From assembly GCA_051294905.1 (NCBI GenBank), contig CM119371.1:38256001-38316000 (forward strand): a stretch of 60,000 bases of DNA, in the 5' to 3' direction. Position 1 is the first letter of the stretch. Each line of letters opens with the position of its first letter. This document shows positions 50,301-60,000 of this stretch, piece after piece. Under the pieces are notes generated by a model, which saw only the letters and a list, made by a program, of their open reading frames with translations, searched no databases and was not told the DNA's origin. The DNA comes from Botryllus schlosseri (taxonomy: Eukaryota). The position numbers and the translations under genes were made by a program.

Positions 50301-53178
50301 CACCAGGGATTTAAGAAAATAATTAGACAACCCGAATCGAATAAATGGACATAATAATTCGCATGATTCGAGTCAAGTAAGGAGCGTTGTGTTTTACGAG
50401 TATATTGAATTTATACGCTCTTTGTCACGAAGAGTTCATTATTGAACGAGAATTATAGGTTCAATACCATTTACCAGTCTCAAAGGCTGTTAACCTAGAT
50501 CAGTGATTCCCAACCTTTTTTCTTCATTCCCCACTACCAAAAACTGCTATTCTTTAAAATAGGGTTCCAATATTTTGAGATCCTAAAAAAGGATCTGAAA
50601 AATCCAGGAAAACTAGTGATTTTGAAAACTTTTCAACCGATGGTATTGCGATGACTAAAAAAATGTTATCACTTCGACTCGACTTTTTACGAAACTGTTT
50701 ACTGCGTTGCTGTTTTCGTGGCATTCAAATTCTTTTCAGAGAAGAAGATGACAATTTGCCAAAAAAGAGAACATTTAGGCGTCCTCTGAGGACACTTCAA
50801 ATCTGTTATGCTCGATACATACATCCCAGAGCAGGTAACTGGTAACGGTAATCCCGCAATTGTCTCCGTAAATATGCAGATAGACTATCGTGTAGGCCTA
50901 TATAATGTTTAAAAAACACGACTATTTCCCACCGGAAACCATTGAATTCCCCGCCGGTCGAGAACCACTGACCTAGATTGTTCTTATGGTAGCATATACG
51001 GAACATGTAGTACAAAGATATGCACGTTAACTGAAATGACATATCGTGATTAACTCACAGCACTGTCGCGAAGTGCCATGGAATAGATATGGTCGAAAAA
51101 TACCAAATGATCTAAGAAATGCACGACTGCAGTTGCCATGGCATGAAATCCTTGTGGTGGCATAACAGGTATATATTTGAATTTTACACGTCTTTCATAC
51201 TTTCATGTCGTCATGATTAGTGATACTCGAACTCCCGAAGCGTGACACTTGATTCAGAAACGAATACCTCAGTTACTGGATTTTACCCATAACTTTAACC
51301 GCCACCGATTGCTTCCCTACATGAATAACGATGTGTCCGGTATCATGTTACTCACATTTGATCATTTCCACCCTCAGGAGGAGTTGGATAATGTTCTGAA
51401 ACTGATTGTTAGGAGGGGGAACATATCCGGCTGGAGCGGGTTGTCTCTCTTCAACGACCCCCGGAGTGTCGTACTGAATGAAAAGAAACTTGTTAATGCC
51501 GTAAAGTTGCACTCGCGCAAATATTAGGCGAGATAGTGAGAACGTATAGAGAACCATACAGACACCTGAGAGAGACAGGGAGAGAATATTTTTTTGTCAA
51601 CCGTGTATTATACAACAACAAAGCAAAATTCGATTGCGGGCACACGGTATACGGATATGCAACCTATTAACGTTAACTGTCTTCCAAAGTATTTTGTAAC
51701 CGATAGTAATTACAGACAGTCTTTCATAGGTGATGAGCACCACTAGAGTTTTACAATACTGCTGCTATTACTCCTAATAACAGTAAGACTGGATTCCCGA
51801 TGAAGCAAAGCCATCAAAGCTGAGCCAATCAATATACTAGATAAATACAATATAATATGTAATGCAGGCGTCGCCAACCCTTTTTTCTATTCCCGGCCGC
51901 ATTTCGATTACTTATGTAGCCTACGGCCGCATTCCATGGCATCGTCGCAATGGAATAACTGGACGCCCATACCAATGTGAAACTTATCATGTCCATTTCC
52001 GGTGAACCCCTGACTAATGTAGTGTTTCGTATCGGGTTACCAAGCGCACCGAAGTCCATAGTATACAACTGTTCATGTTCGATGTTCGTGTTATGAATAG
52101 TTACTGGGATCGGTCGGATTCAAGAATGAATTTCGTCATTATTATTAGTAGTTTCACATATTATTATCAAACATTTATCCATTGTCAGCCCATGTGATCA
52201 GATTCACCGGAAGATTTGATGGGGGGAGTGTTTCGAAAATTTAGGGCAGGTGATAAATAACGATGCATCTTCGGATGGACCGATTGTTATTAGTCACTTT
52301 GTTGCATGCTCATACGTCTTGACCTCCAATCAGGACTGTCGGTATAATGAAAAGATACTGAAATCGGCCTAACGAATTTCTTTCGTGACGAGCAAACGAT
52401 TGCAAGTTGGTATTCCTCTATAGGGTGCATCATTTTCTTATGCTGTGCGCATTTGTACTGGGGGTATCAGATTGTTTAGGGTGCTATTACATTAAAATCG
52501 AAATATGTAGTCGCATTGAGTCGCGACTAGCGCGATGAAAATTTCGAGATGATTTTACATCTCTCAAAAATTCGAGAGTTAATTCGTAAATTCAATCTGC
52601 ATGTTGATGGCAGCGAACACATATTAATTCAATTACGTATCCACGGTCGCACAAATTTCCTTACACAGCCACAGGTTGGCCACCCCTGCTATAATGTAAT
52701 AAAAATCCAAAGTCGGGTAAAATACCAGTATTACAGTAAAATAATTCGAATTAAATTAATAGTGTAGGGATACGGTTATTTGGAATATTTCATATAGAAT
52801 TTAGCGGTAGCTTGATTGTAGAGAGTCAAAGTATGTAAACTAAGAAGCTCAGCCGGTAAGGTATTTCATATACTGACGCCGATGTACGTGACTGAATTTC
52901 GCAAAATGCTCGGACGGTGTTCCTGCAAACGCAAGGACAAGATGAATGGAAAATCGTGTTTTATGCTTGTCGGTTTCCGAAGGAATGTGGGACAGAGTAT
53001 CAAAATATAGCAACGGCATACTTACTGATCCCTGATTGGTACATGGCTCTCTTTCAGCTTCCTCGCCGATAACTGCAATGCGAACGAGTTTAGAAAGTCA
53101 TGCAAACAGTCACCAGAGACACTTACCTCCGACATAAGCCACCGCTACAAGGAGAATGAAGCTTGGAACTAATCGCAT
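41322..53178 (-). CDS. Gene C: secreted protein with divergent acidic C-type lectin domain, 234 aa. Exons 53127-53178, 53026-53072, 51356-51473, 50197-50267, 46012-46157, 41322-41592
   Basis: Six GT-AG exons (52+47+118+71+146+271 = 705 nt) in frame, same phases as gene B. MRLVPSFILLVAVAYVG...DWNEYKGCRY...DC...LAHKNVRTAPDRQALFRNHLGLTGTVWLPL...FQW...FYVCEFCPP*. Confidence 0.88.
41886..42270 (-). mobile_element. 5'-truncated L2/Crack-like LINE 3' end
   Basis: Encodes AGPIIWNALPPHIRELPYNRFKKALLDHLLSLH*; AATAAA followed by a (CT)n tail. Confidence 0.8.
42348..42617 (-). mobile_element. tRNA-derived SINE (family S2); related fragment at about 31940-32060 (+)
   Basis: A box TAGTGTAATGG, B-box-like GGCTCGATCCC, (CT)n tail. 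Confidence 0.75.
42917..43241. mobile_element. hAT-like MITE; related copy at about 45355-45760
   Basis: CAGCGGTTCTCAAA/TTTGAGAACCACAG ends; TSD not evident. Confidence 0.65.
44334..45283. mobile_element. hAT MITE with (GACTT)n subterminal repeats
   Basis: CAGTGTTGGGAT/ATCCCAACACTG TIRs, TSD ctgattaa/atgattaa. Confidence 0.88.
46284..47168. mobile_element. Non-autonomous hAT-like element in gene C intron 4
   Basis: TGGGGCGATTTTTTTGACAT/ATGTCAAAAAAAATCGCCCTA TIRs, TSD cttatgag/tttctgag. Confidence 0.8.
47763..48035 (+). mobile_element. tRNA-derived SINE S1, full length
   Basis: A box TAGCGCAGTGG, B box GGTTCGAGTCC, (CAA)n tail, flanking direct repeat aataatgcttc. Confidence 0.88.
48725..48869 (+). 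pseudogene. Inverted pseudo-exon homologous to gene B exon 5 (N-terminal half of the CTLD)
   Basis: Aligns with the reverse complement of 23173-23315 and about 200 nt of adjacent intron. Retains cag/ and /gtgagt sites; TGG>TGA stop, 2-nt insertion, second Cys lost. Confidence 0.88.
50501..50970. mobile_element. hAT MITE nested in an old F3 copy (about 50325-51290), gene C intron 3
   Basis: CAGTGATTCCCAACC/GGTCGAGAACCACTG ends, perfect TSD acctagat. Confidence 0.85.
51865..52688. mobile_element. hAT MITE F2 in gene C intron 2
   Basis: CAGGCGTCGCCAACC/GGTTGGCCACCCCTG ends; homologous to 17010-17800. Confidence 0.82.
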
Positions 53179-56100
53179 GCTGGCTTACGTTGACTAGCAC
53201 CGCCGGTCTGATTTAGGAAGAGAAGCGACTGCGATTATTACTGATCTTGAAAATAAAAAATAAAATGTGGTGCTTATCGGTAGTGCGCGATGCGGCTGAA
53301 AATTTAGTATTAAAGTCAATTGATGACAAATGGGTTAAATTATCGCATTGCTAGGCAGGACGGACTCAATGTGTTGTGGTCGAAGTTCTGGAAGGTGATC
53401 TATCTTGTGAATACAACGACAATTCTTATTTAAATGTGCCATATAAATTTAATATGATCGTCACATCAACACAACGACTTCGATACGAATTCACTTAACT
53501 TTAATCTGAATTCTAACCAACAGATCAGTTTTCGACATGCTGCCTTATTCGACACGAGACAACTTCGCCCTATCGCCGGCGGGCCGGTCGTAACCGCCGT
53601 TGCCTGATGTTAGCTCTCACAGCCGGCACAAGGCAGTGGCCCTCGACAACCCTTCGGATTTCAGTGCGCTGTGTTATAATCTTACAAATTGTTGAGCAAT
53701 AGAGGAACTTGAAATTCAGGTGGCAAACGCGTCGTGTTCATTCTAAATTAGGGATCTGAAACTCAAATGTTATCGCAGGCCGGATTCGTAGGTTTTGATG
53801 ATGCCGCGGGCCGCAGCGCCGAAAATAGGGGTATTTGCTGTATTTCCAAGTAGGCCTCATTTGACGGAACCTTGCAGATGTGATGTACTATGGTAATATT
53901 CACGCCTGGCACGATAAAAATCGCATTTTCAATTATTTGAATACAATCGTTGTTGTCCTTGACATAACTTGTCAAAATAATGAGATACAGATATACAAGG
54001 GGGAAAATGCATCATGACATCGTAAAAGCTGTCGCGTTACAACTTTGCAGCTAGCGGACATTTGACGTGCCTCAATTATAGGTAGAAAACTGTAGAATTT
54101 AACAACTGTAACTCAATACTGGTTATGGGCATACTGCTCATAAGTGGGCTATTGATCATGTCAATGCCAAAGTCAAATTAAATCAGCGTTAGAATTACTT
54201 CCGAATATTGGAACAGATAAATAACAGCACAAATATAAAATTAATGTGTCACAGTAAAGAAATCCAATCGCTCCACAATCCATAGTGTTACAGCTGTCGA
54301 TCGTACCACTTTGTTACTTGCCACGTCGAATTGGCGATAATTACATGGATAGACGGACCCAAGCTATATCTAACTATACATCAAGGCAACAGAACGCCAA
54401 TGGTTGCCATACCGAGCTGCTTAGATAGCGGAACCAGCTACGCTACGTATCGCCCGCTACGTAACTCCCGTCACGTCCTTTTGATAGATTACTATTCCTC
54501 ATAACAGTTTGATGGTTTGTTTCGTCGACGGCATTTCAAAACCACGGCGCTCCGAATCACAAGTCCTGCTCTGATTTCAACGTTTGAACCGATTCAACTC
54601 CAGTCATTTTCATTTCATGACCCAGTCAGTCCGAGTTCGAGTAATTCTACGAAAGATCGCGCAAAATCGAAATCACAATTTTCAGTCACGAATCATCAAC
54701 TTAGTCATGTTTTATAATCATGAACAGGTAATGTGACGTAATAGCAAATCATCCACCACATGAGGCCCGCGTGCCGCGTGTTTGAGACTACAGTTTTAAA
54801 TGATGTCAAATGATCCGGCCACGCCCGAATCACCATTTCCCGAGTTTAGAGCACCTACAAATTGATGGCAAAAACAAAGAGAAGTTGATTGAGCTCGGCG
54901 TTTTCTGATGGATAATAATACATGTCGATGAGAATATACTGTCAGTAACGTGCGTAGGCTTGCACGGCATGTTTTGGATGTCGCAATCGGACCAATTGAC
55001 GTCTCCAGGCCTCCACGATGGAAACTTCGATCGAAACTATAATTTTCGTGGAAACATTAACTCCAGTGGCAAAGAACGCATAATCTTCGTACTCGAAAAA
55101 ATCATCTACATACTCGACTCGTTAGGATTAATGCTAGATTCACATTCGAGTTCTGGAATCTTCGAAGAGCCCAGCGCTATTTAAGACTTGACTCTCGGCA
55201 AAATATCGAACAGAAACTTGGCCGTCAAACTTCCACGCCGAAGTATCGTCACGTCGGATAGCCAGCAGGTTATAAGCAATCGCGGCCTTTTTGTATTTTT
55301 AATGCAATTACTTTTCTTCTTCTTTCTGGCGAACTTTCTCGTTAAGGATTTCCACAGTTGCGGTAAATAACGCTTTTGACACAACCTCAAAATATTGTTA
55401 TTGCGAAATAATGCCACCGGTCGTCCGTCGAACATCATATTTCCCGTGTATCCTTTCCTATATGCTTTAATTTGAGAAAACACAGGGAATCATTGTACGA
55501 AAACTCAGAGTTGGACGACTAGAAATTCTTCACCTACTTCATATTTGATGATGACTAGAATTATACCGACACGTTTATTTTTCAAATTGTGTTAGAATTA
55601 GAATGACTGAATTCGCATAAACTCGAAAGTTGATTTTAATTTCGAATAAGAAAGAAATACAACACTCAAGTTCACAGCACATCAAATCAGACATCAATCT
55701 CATAATCACGGCAGCTGCAAATGTCTGTAGACCAAGCTGTGTACGTTTCTCACAATACAGTCCTTCTGCAGCATCTCCAGGAAAGCCCAAAATTGCAATT
55801 GGATTCGAATTAGACTCTAGAAGAATGTTACAAATTCGATTAGAATTATAGTATCCACGTCTGCTCTGAACGTCCGAATGTTTATCAATCTGAACCATTG
55901 TTTCATAACATGGCGACAGTGCCCCCCTGCAAGGGGCGATTTGGATTTTGAACGGGTCGGAAACGCTCAGCGGTCGATATGGGGGGCGCTGAAGAAAAAT
56001 GGCGTCGCATTGGAAGGCGCAGTAGTACCTTTTGATTATACAGCAGTAGAACAACAGTTTTGCATATCCATGAGTTCTCATTGCAATTTAACAGTCAACA

Positions 56101-57349
56101 AAATCTGACAAATCTTTAAAAAGTTTCGTCGCGCCACGTCAATGTTTGATGCATATGTCCATGAATGCAGTGGTTTGTTATAAGTCATGCAGAATTAATT
56201 GCGCGTATACGCAGTATATACTTTTATCTCGCCAATTACCCGTTAAAATATTCCCGTCCCGTTAGCTCGGGTTACTTTCCCCTATTTTCTTCCGCAGCGC
56301 ACAGCGTCTCTATATCGAAGAAGAAGGCGCTGTACCACTTTCGAGTGTGAGAGCCCTTTTGCCATTAAAAATGCTTTGAAGGCATCTGGTCAAAATGATT
56401 AACTACATATATTTGTATTTGAGAGTTACAAAGTAAATCTTCATAGTATTTCTTCATGGTATCATAAAGGATGATACTGCTCAGTGTGGTGACCCACAAC
56501 ATCACATGTACGTTATATGATATGGATTGCTTTGTTTGGAAAACACTGGGTGCAGTACTAAATTCAATTTGAGCAAAGGTCACTACCACTATGTCAGTTG
56601 ATTTACTAGTCACAAGAATGCCATAAAACAAAATCCAACTTAGTTCATGTCCTGGTATTGCCAGTCGCAGATGTGAATTCGGGATGTGCACACCTGGCTC
56701 GAACCAGATGGTATGAGCCCGTACCTGATGGTTGTTGCAACGACCTTGATTTGATCCCGAATATAGCACATGCAAATATTATAGCGTTAATTAGTCAAGT
56801 GGTCCTCGGGCACGATTCAAGCTATTTCCAATAGTGAAGTCCCGACCCGAAAAGACCGACCGAACTTCTAACTCTTACGCCTTGTTTTTACTACCGTCCT
56901 CAAAATATGGGGGGAGGGTCGCCAGACCTAAGGAATCTTCGCAAAGTGCCACTGAAGGAAAAAAGGTTAAGATCTAATCGAACATAGGATCGTGTACCGT
57001 AACCAGGATGGAGTAGCGAGGATAATGATGTTCATTTGCCTTTCCACGATGTGACTCAATAATGGAAACTAGAATTTTTTTCATTTCGTTTTAATGTGGA
57101 CGTATCTTCAGGATACTTACCGATCGACAAGAAAGAACGTTTAACCGGAATGATATACAGTCAGATATCAGTAATTGTCAAACTGTTGTCTGGCCTTTTT
57201 CCCGTTTATATTTTTAAATCGAGTACGAGGAATCAAATTAATTTTTGTGGCGCAGGAAAGCTCTTGTGCACTGATTCTTTATCTTCTGAAGTATCTGTCA
57301 AATAATTTCATAATTAAACGCGTTCCGGTGAACAACCCTTGGGCTGGAC

Positions 57350-58134
57350 TGTTGTTATCGAAATAATGACCGAGGTGACTCGAGTCAAGTCGAGTCAAGT
57401 CAAGTCAAGTCACGAGTCAAGTCACAATTCAAGTCAAGTTGATTTTTAGCTTTACGAGGCATAATTACGTCATTGCGTTTTGATATCTATTACAACCTCT
57501 AAGTAACTGCATAGCCTCAGTCTATAATTATCAGCCAAAATAGAGAATAGAAAACGAAACCTCAGAAAGTTGAAACGAATCGATATGATGCAATGCACTA
57601 GCCACCTACACATCCGTGAGATGCAATTTAAGCCTGCGCCGATGTTCGACGAGTAATAAACTTATAAACTATATTAAATTTCGTTTAAAATCATACAAGA
57701 GGTTTGGTTAAGGTGGATATCGACCACAATGAGCAGTCTATAGAACGGAGATGATTACTTTGCCATAATATTACCTTACTACTAGTTTACGACAACGTAA
57801 GCTGTAAGCTCCGATCACTTCGTTTGCTGTCAATTTGTTTGTGATAGAACCATTGAGGCTCAGTGAAACGCACAATCATTGAGTGATTGCTCTAAATGTA
57901 CACTCTCACAGGTCGCACCAGCGTATCGAGAACAATCTGTAGGTATGCAAGATCAGCCATTTTTATCGACACCGTTACTTGATTACTTGAAATTGACTCG
58001 TAAATTTTGCTCCGAGTCACAAGTCAATCCACTTTTCCAATACGCCAAGTCAAATCAAGTCAAGTCATATTTGCAAAGTAATTCGAGTCAAGTCAAGTCG
58101 TACGAAAAAAGTGACTTGAGTCATCCCAACACTG
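57350..58134. mobile_element. Inverted copy of the 44334-45283 MITE family
   Basis: (AAGTC)n repeats and right TIR CATCCCAACACTG; left end degenerate. Confidence 0.78.
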
Positions 58135-60000
58135 TCTTACACCATTGCTTTTAAAACTGAGCCGAGTTACCAAGATGGTATTCAAGGAGTTTCAGTCTCC
58201 ATTACTTGCAAGCTATAATCTTATGACGATGTACTCTCTATACCCGGTGTTCTACTCTTATTTCCAGCACAAGATGTGGATCTGAGCCATGTGTTGCTGT
58301 ATTATGTCAAAGATTTCGTAACAACACCGAAATATTGAATCGCATGATATTGGGTTCGGCAACATTATAATGTATAGGGTCACCATACGTCTTGCTTTGA
58401 GAAGATTTGTCCTCCTGATCAAGGAAATCAAGATTGTCTTCCGAGGACGCCCAAATGTCCTCGTCCTTGGCAGTATGTCTTCCTTTATAGCCTTGACAGC
58501 CAGCCGAAGGGACAGGGACAAAAGGTACGCCATAAATGACGCCAAACCTGGAATCAGGACGTTCGAGCGGTTCTTTCGTGAGTTAAACTGGAAAATTGAC
58601 TAATTACAATCACCCCACTACCGTATTTCCGTAAAAAATTTCAAATTATCCGTTTTCTAGTCCGATAATCCAACTTCTGTGCTCTGTAAAAGTGTCCCCT
58701 TATCCGGATATCACATGACTCGGGTAATATCAAACCAAATTCAAATTCCATTCTTTTCGTCGGCAGGGTCAGACTAGCCAATGACTTCCAATGAAGTGAG
58801 ATTTAACGTAGAACGTTAGAATATTTATCGAATCGATCATTGGATTAATTCAAGAATACGTACAGACTGAATTCTGATATCGACATAATTGGTGAATTGT
58901 CCTGCAAGAGTGCAAGCCGGATCCTTCAATATTCAAACTACGCAGCTGGATACTATTGTTTTTTGGAAATTTAAATTTTTCGCACAATTAGGATTATCCA
59001 TTAAATGTTTGCCAGTGGTAGACTTTATGGTCCTTGCCTGCTTGTGTTCAAGATTCAGGTTATAAATCGAGGGCGACATTTTTACCGAGCGTAATGCGCC
59101 TGTTCCAATACACGCAAGGACGTGCTGTTTTAGGAGTAGAAAATGTGGCAGTGTTACGTCTTTACGAGTCTGTAGAATGTAGATTGAGTATCATCATAAA
59201 GAATTACGTCCTATGGTGTTAACAACGATCAAGGGTGAAGAAAAGCAAAGAATACCATACTATAAGGCAGTGGTCGGTCGGTAACCTTTTTTGTCCGAAG
59301 AGCGATATTTGCCCTATTTTTTCCATCTCAACTCCCAAAGAGCCATACATGTGAATCAACTGTTACGTCACAATTGAAAATCAGTGACGTCATGGTAGCA
59401 CTAATTCGAGCTCACTACATTGGATTCCTCGTGTGCGCCATATTTTCTCTGTAAAAACTGGCATTAATTGTTCGAAAATGAAGCTCGAAACGACAGGTAA
59501 GGCACAGGCGGGCCAAGCCTCGCCATTGATAACGCAATTCATCGTAAGTAGCTTAGAATTTATTATAACTGATATTAATCGAATGTGACTCTCCCAGTGA
59601 TTCCGAAAATCTAAATACTGATAGACTTCTCAATTCTAAAAGTATTCGGCGGAACATAACGTTGCGCTACACGCATACATTTTATCGTCCGTACTACAAA
59701 GAGCTATATACTTATCAATCAAGAACGTGGATAGCTATGGCGTTGTTTGTAATTCGAGTTAGTAATTGTGAATGTCACATCCACAACAGTTCATCGCGCC
59801 GTACATCAGGAAGACAATGTGTATTTGAAAACTGCGTTTGAAATGGGCCTCGCCATGTCTGGTATATGCTCTTCGATTATTCAACGTATCGCACAATGCA
59901 AGATTTCGAGTCGGGTTCATAGAATTCGCGAGTGATATTGGCCGCCTGCGTGACAGTAACTTAAATTCAATGATTTTGAAAAGAGGGCGTCCAAGCCCCT

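Noticed and set aside
55575..56775. ORFs of 168 and 136 aa
   Set aside because: No recognisable domain, convincing splice structure or paralogous conservation

Overview
Repeat-rich eukaryotic (metazoan) genomic DNA, probably from a marine invertebrate; a tunicate is plausible but cannot be proven from this window. It holds a tandem cluster of three paralogous spliced genes on the minus strand, spaced about 22-25 kb apart. Each encodes a secreted protein with a signal peptide, a Pro/Tyr-rich segment, an amphipathic helix, a Thr-rich stalk and (where visible) a divergent C-type lectin domain. Genes B (227 aa) and C (234 aa) assemble fully from six GT-AG exons with consistent phases. Gene A shows exons 1-4 and probably continues beyond the left edge. 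Introns and intergenic DNA are packed with nested non-autonomous hAT elements with 8-bp TSDs, tRNA-derived SINEs, 5'-truncated L2/Crack-like LINE ends, an EnSpm/CMC remnant and a foldback-like element. Highlights: (1) a dispersed short repeat carrying a minimal type I hammerhead ribozyme with a compensatory stem change, with one intact copy in sense orientation in a gene A intron; (2) an inverted, dead copy of gene B's lectin exon 5 between long inverted repeats in gene C intron 4, which suggests exon replacement or a chimeric gene; (3) nearly invariant signal peptides in front of rapidly diverging, non-canonical lectin domains.
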